From a virus, in the IMG/VR virus record IMGVR_UViG_3300025736_000023, positions 3,694 through 67,693 of that record: a stretch of DNA of 64,000 nt, one strand, 5' to 3'. Made by a program: the position numbers and the translations under genes. The notes under the pieces were generated by a model. It worked only from the letters and a program-made list of their open reading frames with translations. It was not told the DNA's origin and did not search any database. Each line of letters opens with the position of its first letter. Position 1 is the stretch's first letter. Below, in pieces: positions 38,431 through 47,600 of this stretch.

Positions 38431-39018
38431 CTAACCACCAGCAGTAACAGTAAGCCGATAGGTGTACTCGATCGAATCACCGTTCTCCACGTTTATTGCA
38501 CTGAATACATGTCTATCTAGCAATGTTACACCGGTTGACGCATTAAACAGACCGTGTTCAGTAATTGCCTTTGTAGTAGTGTAAGCAATAGTACCTACGC
38601 TTTCATAGATGTTATGTGCATTCTCTACCTGTGTACCAGCCGATCGAGCTTCGCCATCTGTAGTCTCAATGTCCGTGTCTCCAACAACAGCCGGTGTAGT
38701 ACCAACCCCTGAATCGTGATACTTGAAATCGCCCCAGATAGATGACTCAGCAATAAGCTGATCCACCATAAGATCCACAAACGCTGTAGTAACGACTCGA
38801 AGGCTGACTAGTCCAAAATCGATAATCTCTCCATTAGCCTTTCGTACTTGAATGGATAGTCGCCCAATAAAGCCTGAGAGATTCAATACCCTAAAGAGCA
38901 GTACCCGCCAACCTTTGAGCAAGTTAGGCAGGTTACGTATCTTCCAATCTAGCCCAGCTTTGGGAGCTCTAATAGTTCTAGTGCGTATTGCCCCACTAAA
39001 TCCAACGTGGCTTTCCAT
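38431..39018 (-). CDS. Fibre-anchor/collar-like structural protein
   Basis: SGVGTTP...D and AITEHGLFNAS.G..L.DR.VFSAINV..GDSI. Confidence 0.6.
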   Translation of the reverse strand: MESHVGFSGAIRTRTIRAPKAGLDWKIRNLPNLLKGWRVLLFRVLNLSGFIGRLSIQVRKANGEIIDFGLVSLRVVTTAFVDLMVDQLIAESSIWGDFKYHDSGVGTTPAVVGDTDIETTDGEARSAGTQVENAHNIYESVGTIAYTTTKAITEHGLFNASTGVTLLDRHVFSAINVENGDSIEYTYRLTVTAGG

Positions 39019-39029
39019 ATTACTATCTC

Positions 39030-39155
39030 CTATTTCTTTCCAATGGGGACACCGCGAGGACCGTTGCCCTTACCGCGTCCTAGTCCCTGACCCTTGCCAC
39101 CACTCCTGATCTTGCCTCCTGGACAGGATGGATACGTTGTTTTCTTCTTAGCCAT
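39030..39155 (-). CDS. 41-aa Gly/Lys/Arg-rich basic peptide (missed by the track)
   Basis: MAKKKTTYPSCPGGKIRSGGKGQGLGRGKGNGPRGVPIGKK; AAAGGAG upstream; fills the gap exactly. Confidence 0.6.
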   Translation of the reverse strand: MAKKKTTYPSCPGGKIRSGGKGQGLGRGKGNGPRGVPIGKK

Positions 39156-40326
39156 TATCAGCGACTCCTTTACTGATTTCTAACGAGTATTTTACACAAT
39201 GCCGAATCACTTCACAAACCCTAGCAACGTCAGCTTGATTCATAGCCATTCCAGTAGGCAGAACAATAGTTCTACTAGCCACCTCCTCTGTCCTTGGGAG
39301 CTCCCAATGTCGCTGGCTGTAAGGTCTTGCTTCGTGACAGGGAGGTGAAAAGTACCGCCGGGCTAAAATGTTCTCTGCCCAAAGCGCTTTTGCAAGCGTA
39401 TCAGCAGATAATCCCTCTTTCAATACTTCTATGACAACATATTGATAATTGCTATTCCCTCCTAAAGGATACACCCTAATGCCAGATATGTCAAGTCCTT
39501 CAGAGTAAATAGTAAAGTTAGCATAGTTATGATCAATAAATGTAGGCACACCAGTAAGGTTCATCACGCCTACAGCGGCGTGTAATTCGCTTAGTTTAGC
39601 GTTAATGCCTAGTCCGTATACAGAATGATCCCCAGGTTTATCGCCAGCGAAACCGAAATTGCGTAATTCTCTAAGTTTCAGAGTTAAACTGGGACTATTT
39701 GTGGTTATTGCACCGCCCTCAATGCTGTTGAAGAACTTTGTTGCATGGAATGAAAAGACCTCACAAGCTCCATAATTTCCTATTCTATCCCAGCTAGGTC
39801 CACAGAGAAAAGCATGTGCAGCATCAAAGAACAGAGGCAATCCGTGTCTCCCTGCGATCTCAGTTAGTTCCTTGGGGGCACAGGGGGTACCCCACACATG
39901 TACTCCTAATATCCCGACAGTACGATCGGTAATTTTCTTCTCTACATCGATGGGATCAAGCACGTGTGTTTTTGGGTCAATGTCCGCAAAGATTGGCGTG
40001 TACCCTTGCCAGGCCAGTGCGTGTGGAGTAGCTATAAAAGTGAAAGATGGCATGATCACCTCGCCGAGCTTTGGCATTAACGCTCTAGCAGCAATCATCA
40101 AACCCAAGGTACCGTTAGCTACAGCCACACTCCAAGGTACCGACAGTTTATTACACAATTGAGCCTCGAACTGCTGTACCTGCACTCCATTGTTGGTAAG
40201 CCACTGACTCTCTAGCACGCTCTTAAAAACTCTTAATAGCATATCGTGGTGTACCATGTTAGGGCGGCCCACATGCTTGGGCTTTTCAAACGCTGGTTCG
40301 CCACCAAAGATAGCTAGTTTTTTCAT
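39148..40326 (-). CDS. vioA: DegT/DnrJ PLP sugar aminotransferase, VioA/DesI-like
   Basis: LAIFGG.PAF...HVGRPN, NGT, FDAAH, SFHATK and EGGA. Confidence 0.85.
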   Translation of the reverse strand: MKKLAIFGGEPAFEKPKHVGRPNMVHHDMLLRVFKSVLESQWLTNNGVQVQQFEAQLCNKLSVPWSVAVANGTLGLMIAARALMPKLGEVIMPSFTFIATPHALAWQGYTPIFADIDPKTHVLDPIDVEKKITDRTVGILGVHVWGTPCAPKELTEIAGRHGLPLFFDAAHAFLCGPSWDRIGNYGACEVFSFHATKFFNSIEGGAITTNSPSLTLKLRELRNFGFAGDKPGDHSVYGLGINAKLSELHAAVGVMNLTGVPTFIDHNYANFTIYSEGLDISGIRVYPLGGNSNYQYVVIEVLKEGLSADTLAKALWAENILARRYFSPPCHEARPYSQRHWELPRTEEVASRTIVLPTGMAMNQADVARVCEVIRHCVKYSLEISKGVADNG

Positions 40327-40329
40327 GTC

Positions 40330-40920
40330 TTATCCTGTATCCGCCTCTAATGTTGGGGGCATAGATGTTTCTAGCATTCGCCTTCGGTATATCTCTTGTT
40401 CAAGCAGCTTCTCTAGTTCTAAGACACGCTCTTTAGGACGTTCTCTTATATATCTAACAGGACTCCCAGCGTAAATAGACCACGGCAGCAAAGTAGTGTT
40501 TTGTAACACTAGGGACATAGCACCTACAACGACGCCATCAGGTATAAACACGCCAGGTAGAATGACTGAGTTAGCACCAACCATGCAGTGCCGACCAATC
40601 TCTACCCGAGAGCGGATTGCTACCCTAAAAGGAGCTGGAATAGCTGCGCCTAACAAACTTGCTCCTGAAATGTCCTCTGTCCCTGTGAAAATGCGTACTC
40701 CACTGGACAGAGTAGAATAGTCGCCTATGGAGCACTCTCCACCACCTGTTATGGATGCAAACGACGCAATATGCACATAATTGCCCAGGAGGGTCCATCG
40801 CTTGCTAACAATGAACACAAAGTCATCTATGATGATATTATGCCCCCAAACGATGTTTTCAGGGTATGCTAGTTTTGCTAAAGGGAATATCTTATTGTCT
40901 AGCATGAAGAAGCACTCCAA
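40330..40920 (-). CDS. Hexapeptide-repeat (LbH) sugar N-acetyltransferase, VioB-like
   Basis: IDDF.FI, GNYVHIA..SITGGG, GANSVILPGV and YAGSP. Confidence 0.8.
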   Translation of the reverse strand: MECFFMLDNKIFPLAKLAYPENIVWGHNIIIDDFVFIVSKRWTLLGNYVHIASFASITGGGECSIGDYSTLSSGVRIFTGTEDISGASLLGAAIPAPFRVAIRSRVEIGRHCMVGANSVILPGVFIPDGVVVGAMSLVLQNTTLLPWSIYAGSPVRYIRERPKERVLELEKLLEQEIYRRRMLETSMPPTLEADTG

Positions 40921-41953
40921 ATCTAGTAACCCACTGCTGCGCTAATACTGTATAATCATGAACTTGCTCTTCAGCTTGTGCCTGCAATTGTATTTTGTAC
41001 AATTCAGGATTTAGCAGGAGATCACTAGCTGCATTTGCAAAAGCTAGTTGCCATTCTCCCTTACGCGGGACAACAGTACCGGTGCGCCCTTGAATTACTC
41101 TCTCTGGCAAAGCGCTTAGATCAGTAACAACTAGCGCGTTTCTTGCTGCAGCACACTCCATAGCCGCCATACAACACATCTCAGGAGATGCAGGACTACC
41201 TGGGAGTAACATCACCTGGCTCTGTAACTGCTCTTCAATAAGCTGATTTCTGGGAACATATCCCAAATAGGTGATCCCTTCAACTCCAGTTATACCAACA
41301 TCTGTAGCCCCAACCCAGAAGGGATCCCCAAGGTGTATCCCCCATAACTCCATACCGCCTGTAACGTGTAATGTAGCCCAAGGTACTCTCTTACGGATCA
41401 AGGGCCAAATTGTAACTAGAGAGCGTAAACCACGCTCAGGCACACTACAGTAAACACACCTACCACGTACTTTAGATAAACTGCGCCTACTGTAGCCTAA
41501 ATAATGAATACCTGCATTGCTCAACAAGTACAGACTCTCATCTATAGGGTGCTGCTGTTGAAAACGTGCCTTCTGATGCTCACTGATCACAATAACTAAT
41601 TGGACATCTCCTGCACTGACATAGGCAGGTAAGTTAGGGATGGCTGGGTCGCAACAAAAGATAGCTTTGACAGGGGCGACCATACCCTTAAGAGCATTAG
41701 GAAAACGCAAAGCAATAACTACGTCAAATTCCTCGTTGAATCGTTCGGGACCCTCGATAGTTCGCCATTCCACACCCCTATGCTCATGTGCATGAGTCCC
41801 AGGGATATAGATACGTACATTGTGCCCTAACTTTGCCAAAGCAAAAGCATACTGCACCATCGCACCCTCGGAGCCCCCGTCGTCACCCATATCGTAAGAT
41901 CTGCCTGAGAAGTGTGCAGGTCGGCCTGTCTTGTATACAAAAGCTATGCGCAT
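40892..41953 (-). CDS. GT4-like (GT-B) glycosyltransferase
   Basis: GGSE, S.PERGL and E..C..AME.AA...V....AL.E. Confidence 0.85.
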   Translation of the reverse strand: MRIAFVYKTGRPAHFSGRSYDMGDDGGSEGAMVQYAFALAKLGHNVRIYIPGTHAHEHRGVEWRTIEGPERFNEEFDVVIALRFPNALKGMVAPVKAIFCCDPAIPNLPAYVSAGDVQLVIVISEHQKARFQQQHPIDESLYLLSNAGIHYLGYSRRSLSKVRGRCVYCSVPERGLRSLVTIWPLIRKRVPWATLHVTGGMELWGIHLGDPFWVGATDVGITGVEGITYLGYVPRNQLIEEQLQSQVMLLPGSPASPEMCCMAAMECAAARNALVVTDLSALPERVIQGRTGTVVPRKGEWQLAFANAASDLLLNPELYKIQLQAQAEEQVHDYTVLAQQWVTRFGVLLHARQ

Positions 41954-42963
41954 TGGTCCTTCTTTCTCAAAAGTACAGACGCCACTTGGACGTTCACTCC
42001 CTTAGCGAATACTGGGGGCGCTTGAGCCTTAATAGGCCAATCATTCCAATCATTTCTAGCAAAGTCTGCTGGCTGACAAAGAGTGGCAATATCTCTAAAG
42101 GGGGTAACTAGACGAGCATAAACCGAGCTCTCATCATAAATACGTCGTCCAGTAGTTTTACCGGGATACTCTTCATACCCTTTACCAAAATCAAAGGTGA
42201 TTGCCAATAACCCATTAGGTTTCAACACTCTTAGCATCTCTGAAACAGCTTTGCCATCCTCTGGAATATGCTTAATGCAAGCCGTGCAAATAACGTCGTC
42301 AAAACTGTTGTTTTCAAATGGAAGATTAGTTGCATCCGCCGCTTGAACGTGTATTCCTGGTCCCGGCTTGATCTGTACTGTACTGATATCTATGGCAGTA
42401 ACGGAAGCTCCCATACTCGATAGATAGGTAGGGAGTATACTTTCCCTGGTACCAACATCTAATATCTTGTGATTTTGTACAACCCCCAAGAAGATTGTGG
42501 CTCTGATATGCTCCCATTGGCGCATTAGGGGCATTTTATTGTCCCCAAAACCCTTAAGCGTAGCTGATTCTTTAGCGAAGCAAAACTCTCGAAAGTCCTG
42601 CTCTAAGTAGCCCCCCGAGACACAATCAAGATCGATCCAAGGTCTAAGAGTTGACATCCAATTCACCTTATTTATATGGCACTCATCCGCCGCGCCTCCG
42701 AGATGAAAATCAGCAAACTGTACCCAAACTCGCCTCTTGCCTTCTCTCCACCAGTTGGCAAGACGGTGCCAACCATCTAACACTACCAGGCAATGCTTAC
42801 AGATGATGATAGGAGACGCTTCTAATTCTCCACTATGATACTTTCTCACGCCAGACCAATCAGTGCATGGATGGCACCTGAAGTTGATCCACTCGATAGG
42901 CCACAACCTGGCCTCAGTGACCTCTATTTCAGCACCGTCGTACATTGCTCTAGGCATGATCAT
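41944..42963 (-). CDS. ParB/Srx-like domain fused to a class I SAM methyltransferase
   Basis: PIII....VLDGWHRL; ILDVGT and ADATNLPF.NNSFD; start taken at MIMPRA. Confidence 0.75.
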   Translation of the reverse strand: MIMPRAMYDGAEIEVTEARLWPIEWINFRCHPCTDWSGVRKYHSGELEASPIIICKHCLVVLDGWHRLANWWREGKRRVWVQFADFHLGGAADECHINKVNWMSTLRPWIDLDCVSGGYLEQDFREFCFAKESATLKGFGDNKMPLMRQWEHIRATIFLGVVQNHKILDVGTRESILPTYLSSMGASVTAIDISTVQIKPGPGIHVQAADATNLPFENNSFDDVICTACIKHIPEDGKAVSEMLRVLKPNGLLAITFDFGKGYEEYPGKTTGRRIYDESSVYARLVTPFRDIATLCQPADFARNDWNDWPIKAQAPPVFAKGVNVQVASVLLRKKDQCA

Positions 42964-43705
42964 ACTGGCGATATTGTTTTGGTATTGGAGCTCCATGCTT
43001 TCGGAATATGTAGGGCATCGATTTTTTGTGGCTGTCCAAAAATGCTTTATTTCTCTTGTGCCATTGATGGTACCCTGTAATGTCGTCACATGTTAGCAGG
43101 TGATACCCAGCATCCGTTAGACACCAGCCAAAATCGCAATCGTTAGCATTTGCCCCTGGAATGAGCTCATCCCAACCGCCCACGTCATGCCAAGCCTGTA
43201 GAGGAATAATCACATTAGCACCTAAAATAGCTCTACAGGACGGCAAGAGTTTGTAGTCAAACCAGTTCTTTCCATGTACTCCTAGTCGGTGATCTGCCCT
43301 AGCTTTAGAGCGGTCTCCTGACTTTGGTATCCAATCGTACCGGCCTGCTAATACCCGCTTACGATACTTGGCGATGTGCCTATAGGCGTTCTCAATAGCG
43401 TCGGGAGAGAATAGAATGTCCCCATCTGTGTACCAAATGTGGGTGGTTGCTCCAGGTACTGCTTTAGTACCTATATTCAATGTGGCTGCTACCCCAAGTG
43501 GGAGAATACCTCCAGTGAACACATGCCTTACATGAAAGGCACGACTGTTCGCAATAGATAGTGCCCTAATTGGGTCTGTACTAGCATCATCTGCAACGAC
43601 TAGAGTGAAGTCTCTCCTAGTTTGTAGCGACCATGCTTTGATCGATTCTTGGACGTGGTCTATTCGGTTGTGAACTGCCATAACTACACTAATATGTTTA
43701 ACCAT
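42950..43705 (-). CDS. GT2 glycosyltransferase
   Basis: SVVM..HNR, VVADDASTD, TDGD and GGWDE; AGGAGG RBS before 43705. Confidence 0.85.
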   Translation of the reverse strand: MVKHISVVMAVHNRIDHVQESIKAWSLQTRRDFTLVVADDASTDPIRALSIANSRAFHVRHVFTGGILPLGVAATLNIGTKAVPGATTHIWYTDGDILFSPDAIENAYRHIAKYRKRVLAGRYDWIPKSGDRSKARADHRLGVHGKNWFDYKLLPSCRAILGANVIIPLQAWHDVGGWDELIPGANANDCDFGWCLTDAGYHLLTCDDITGYHQWHKRNKAFLDSHKKSMPYIFRKHGAPIPKQYRQYDHA

Positions 43706-45509
43706 CTGACTTTGGGCCTCCTTTGAAACTAGGGGTGATATAGATATCATCGCCTTCGCCCCATATTTGTAATCCAACTGACGCCAAATCGTGTTTTGCA
43801 GCGATATAATGGACATTTTCTACAAGCGTCTGACGATTGGCCACCTGATTTCTATCATGATACACATGATAGCCATGTACCAACCTGGTGAAGATGACAG
43901 GATATCCTGCAAGTTGGGCTCGAATGCTTAACTCACAATCTTGTCCTCCATGAGTGACCATATTTTCATCAAAGCCTCCTAATTCAGTATAGATATTCCT
44001 TGGAAATAGCAACACATCAGCGAAAAGTGCAGCAGCATACTGCGTTTGTGGGGCACCCTCAAACAGTTCTGGAGAATCTAGCACTCTAGGGTCGGTCCCA
44101 ATAAGCCCTTTGGTACGCCCCCCAAATTGAGCCGGGGGCAACGTGCCCTCTACGATCTTGTCCCAATTGGTGTAGATATCATAGGGCCGGATGTGCATTG
44201 GGAGCATCCAATCATACTGTCCTGCAATTATAGCCTGCGGATTAGCCAGCCGCAAGTTATTAAGGTGCTCTAGTGACGTAGGCTCTAATAGGATATCTGA
44301 CCCCAAGAGCAAGAACGCATCTCCACGAGCGATCGCACAACCTCGATTGTATGCTAACGATGCTCGATAACCTTTATGAGGTTGCCAACGATACTGTATT
44401 GCAAAGCGGTCTTGAAACTCTAATAGCACACCAAGAGGGCTATCTACTGAACCATCGTCCGTTACAACTACTTCAATTGGTGCATGATAGTGTTCTAGAT
44501 TCCGATCGAGAGCACACAGAGCAAGATATAGATTGTCGCGCCTGTTGTACACAGGCAAAACCACTGAAAGAGAGAAGTTACTGGGCTTAACTGCACGTAC
44601 AGGCTCCAATGCAGCGGACTGCACAGGAACCTGCACAGGGGGGATAATCTCTACCGGTTCGTGCGTAGCTATTGCAGGTACTGATACAGGCGTTCCATCG
44701 GACATTGTTGGAGACAGATTGAACAGATGCTCATCGCTGCTGTAACCTACAAATTGACTTCTCAGACGCTCACGGTTTTTTAGGGAATACTTCTCAACCC
44801 ACTCAACGCCCGATCCGTGCTCATAGTGATATAGTGTAGCTTTGGGCTGGTAAATTACTTTATACCCAGCTTCTCTAACCCGCCAACAAAAGTCGATGTC
44901 CTCGAAGTTGCCCCCTGTGTAGCCCTCGTCGAGACCTCCGAAGTCATTCCATATGGAGCGCCGAATTAGCGCGCAAGCGAAGGTGATAGCGTTAAGTTCT
45001 CTACGTTTAGCTGCATTAACCGAATCGGCTGGTTGGTTTCGGAATGGGTGATAGGGCATACCGTCTACCGTTCGCGCAACCCCAGCGTGCTGTACCGTTA
45101 AGCGAATGCCAGGCTCCTTCGTATCAGGATAGAGCAAGCGAGCTCCTACAATACCTACGTTAGGATCATTGTCTAGTTCTTCAGCCATAGCCTGTAGCCA
45201 ACCTGGTAGCGGTTCAATATCTGAGTTTAGTAGACAGACGTACTCTGATGGCGGTATCTGAGCTACTGCCCAGTTGTTTATCTCAGCATACCCTTTTCTT
45301 GTGCGCATTTTGAAGACAGTGGCCAACCCTTTCTCAACAAGTTCATCCAAATAGTCCTGCAGCTCAGTCTGCGGAGAGCAATCATCGGCTATGTAGATGG
45401 TGTGCGGGCGCATAGTACGCTCGACTAAGGCTGGAATACATCGTTTTATGTGATGTACTCCATTGAACGTAGGAATAACAATAGGTATCACGATCCCCCC
45501 TCTAGGCAA
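43698..45509 (-). CDS. Double GT2 glycosyltransferase
   Basis: Two GT-A domains (IADDCS..LLNSD..FEDIDFC; VTDDGS.D..GGFDE..GGQD). Confidence 0.9.
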   Translation of the reverse strand: MPRGGIVIPIVIPTFNGVHHIKRCIPALVERTMRPHTIYIADDCSPQTELQDYLDELVEKGLATVFKMRTRKGYAEINNWAVAQIPPSEYVCLLNSDIEPLPGWLQAMAEELDNDPNVGIVGARLLYPDTKEPGIRLTVQHAGVARTVDGMPYHPFRNQPADSVNAAKRRELNAITFACALIRRSIWNDFGGLDEGYTGGNFEDIDFCWRVREAGYKVIYQPKATLYHYEHGSGVEWVEKYSLKNRERLRSQFVGYSSDEHLFNLSPTMSDGTPVSVPAIATHEPVEIIPPVQVPVQSAALEPVRAVKPSNFSLSVVLPVYNRRDNLYLALCALDRNLEHYHAPIEVVVTDDGSVDSPLGVLLEFQDRFAIQYRWQPHKGYRASLAYNRGCAIARGDAFLLLGSDILLEPTSLEHLNNLRLANPQAIIAGQYDWMLPMHIRPYDIYTNWDKIVEGTLPPAQFGGRTKGLIGTDPRVLDSPELFEGAPQTQYAAALFADVLLFPRNIYTELGGFDENMVTHGGQDCELSIRAQLAGYPVIFTRLVHGYHVYHDRNQVANRQTLVENVHYIAAKHDLASVGLQIWGEGDDIYITPSFKGGPKSDG

Positions 45510-47331
45510 ACATAACTGGAACGAATATCTTTTTCGGCTCTGGAATTGTTTCTGGATCTACACCGGCTGCTATTGCTGCAGCAACCTGCATAGCATGAAT
45601 CTTATTCTCTGCTAAAGCGTCGTATTTTGCATATGGATCCGTCTCATTAGGCGCAAGTAATCCAGCATTTGGGGCTCTACTAGGCGTAAATTCGTGCGCC
45701 TGAGCTTGGATTAACTCTGTAGATATCTGTGCCTCCCAGCCTTTAGCTAGGGTTCGGCAACCTTCTAGAGCATCCAGTCCGTCGTCGTATGCGCCCATCG
45801 GCCACTCGGTCAGCTCTTTCTTGAGCTCTGTCTGTCCATCTTCCAAGATTAACAAATAGCCGTTAAGAAGGTCCGGCTGTAGGGAATCAATGCGCATTTT
45901 CTTATTAGATAGCTGGTTATATGGCTCTACCGGTAGATAAATGCCCTCTTCCATAGATCGGCGTGCTGATTCCGTTGCAAACAACGCCTGGAAAGCGTTT
46001 TTTTCGATTCTCCAACGAGCAATAGGATATTGTTTGGCATGTTTGTTCTGCGCATTGATGATTTGATTCGGAGGGCGCCGTTTGATATCTGCAACGATGG
46101 TAAACATTTGCCGGGTGGGTGCTTTAGCAACCAGAATGATTGCTGAAAAGTCTGATCTAGTGGTAGATCCCATACTGGGGTCAGTAAAGCCAAATATAGC
46201 ACACGTACTAAGCTCGACTGCAGGCGCACCATCGGTGGGTACCAACCATATGCTTGCTGTTTCCTGTCTATGTTCCATGCGGAAGGTTTGCCACTCCTTG
46301 AAAAGCCTACTTTCTGGGTCTACAGGCTCATTCTGTAACTCTGTAGCGAATGTAGCAGAACCGCCTGATACTCTAGTAAGCATCAAATCATAGTAGCTAA
46401 AAGCCTCCGGCCAGGCGGACTCCGCGCCCTTGAGCATATCGGCCTTGTTCTGAACAAAGAAGGCATGAGCTGTCTTCTCCTTATCGGGGTCGGCAATGTT
46501 GGTAACTAACTCGGTCCATTGATCCCACAAGTCTTGATTCTCAGCCCAAGATACCACAGCACGGTATAGCCTGGAGTGGAACATAGGGTTGGCTTCAAGA
46601 TTTTTGAGCAGACAATCAAAGTGGAGGAAGTTGCCTACCACGAACACCTTAGTATCAGACCAACCGGCGTTCATAACAGAGCGCCAGAACCATTTGCGGT
46701 GGGCCTCTCTTCGAGTTGCCGACTGGACCCCTTCTAGGTTCTCCGAGTCGTCTACAATAATCAGGTCTGGGCGGTACTGCAGGAACTTGCGTCCTCGTAT
46801 CTTCATTCTTGCGCCCAAGGCGATTAGCTTCACCCTGTTGGCAGTGGTGATATCGTCCTCTTGCCACTTTGCACCCTGGAGATCCCCGAAGTCCTCCTTG
46901 ATGCGGTCGTTGTGCTCTATCTCATCTTTGATAGTAGCAAGCTGTTGTTTGGCCTGGGTATGTGCGTCTGAGATGATTACAATGAACCGGCGCTTTTTAA
47001 AGCAGACGGTCCACAGGGGGAGGGCCAACGTGGTTGTAGTCGTTTTACCGAAACCACGAGGCCACACTAGAGCGTTATTGACCTTGCCTGGGGCAGCCAT
47101 TGCGCTCTGCATAGTACGATAGGTCTCTTTGTGCAAGGGTGCAGGTGTGCAATCGAAGTGGTTGGGTAGGTAGAATCTGGCAAAAAACTCAAGATCTATC
47201 TCAGCCAGCAGCATCCACAGCTCTTGAGCAGGTGGCCTATCAAGATGGCCGCTCTGGGCCAGAGCCTCTAGCGAAAAGTTCCGCTGAAGGGCCTCTCGTA
47301 TAAGAATGAGGTCATTTGTAGTTAGTTCCAT
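45502..47331 (-). CDS. terL: Terminase large subunit
   Basis: PRGFGKTT Walker A, RPDLIIVDD.E Walker B, nuclease DP and DD.LDAL motifs. Confidence 0.92.
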   Translation of the reverse strand: MELTTNDLILIREALQRNFSLEALAQSGHLDRPPAQELWMLLAEIDLEFFARFYLPNHFDCTPAPLHKETYRTMQSAMAAPGKVNNALVWPRGFGKTTTTTLALPLWTVCFKKRRFIVIISDAHTQAKQQLATIKDEIEHNDRIKEDFGDLQGAKWQEDDITTANRVKLIALGARMKIRGRKFLQYRPDLIIVDDSENLEGVQSATRREAHRKWFWRSVMNAGWSDTKVFVVGNFLHFDCLLKNLEANPMFHSRLYRAVVSWAENQDLWDQWTELVTNIADPDKEKTAHAFFVQNKADMLKGAESAWPEAFSYYDLMLTRVSGGSATFATELQNEPVDPESRLFKEWQTFRMEHRQETASIWLVPTDGAPAVELSTCAIFGFTDPSMGSTTRSDFSAIILVAKAPTRQMFTIVADIKRRPPNQIINAQNKHAKQYPIARWRIEKNAFQALFATESARRSMEEGIYLPVEPYNQLSNKKMRIDSLQPDLLNGYLLILEDGQTELKKELTEWPMGAYDDGLDALEGCRTLAKGWEAQISTELIQAQAHEFTPSRAPNAGLLAPNETDPYAKYDALAENKIHAMQVAAAIAAGVDPETIPEPKKIFVPVMFA

Positions 47332-47600
47332 ATTACCGTTTATTATCTGTGTGCTGTGTCACTAAGGCGTCGTCCAGCATGGTCATACCCCCAGCCACCA
47401 CCGCAAGGACAGTACAAACGCCTGCAGCGTTCCAACCATGATGAATACTATGAGGGCTACTATCCCTAGCGCGAACACGACGCGCATTACATCCCGACAC
47501 CGCTCTCCAAAGCGCTCTGCCTTGTTCATCCCAACCGCCAGCGCATCAGTAGTTGTACATTGTCCTGTAAAATCATTTTAATTACCGTTTATTATCTGTG
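47332..47600. repeat. 20-bp perfect direct repeat flanking a 229-bp insert
   Basis: attaccgtttattatctgtg at 47332-47351 and 47581-47600. Confidence 0.9.
47383..47529 (-). CDS. 48-aa single-pass membrane peptide inside the repeat-flanked insert
   Basis: MNKAERFGERCRDVMRVVFALGIVALIVFIMVGTLQAFVLSLRWWLGV; ATGA overlaps at both ends. Confidence 0.55.
   Translation of the reverse strand: MNKAERFGERCRDVMRVVFALGIVALIVFIMVGTLQAFVLSLRWWLGV

Noticed and set aside
27860-45509. Gtr-type serotype conversion cassette or captured host LPS locus
   Set aside because: No flippase, bactoprenol GT or polytopic membrane protein; the genes are split across the head module and translationally coupled to structural genes
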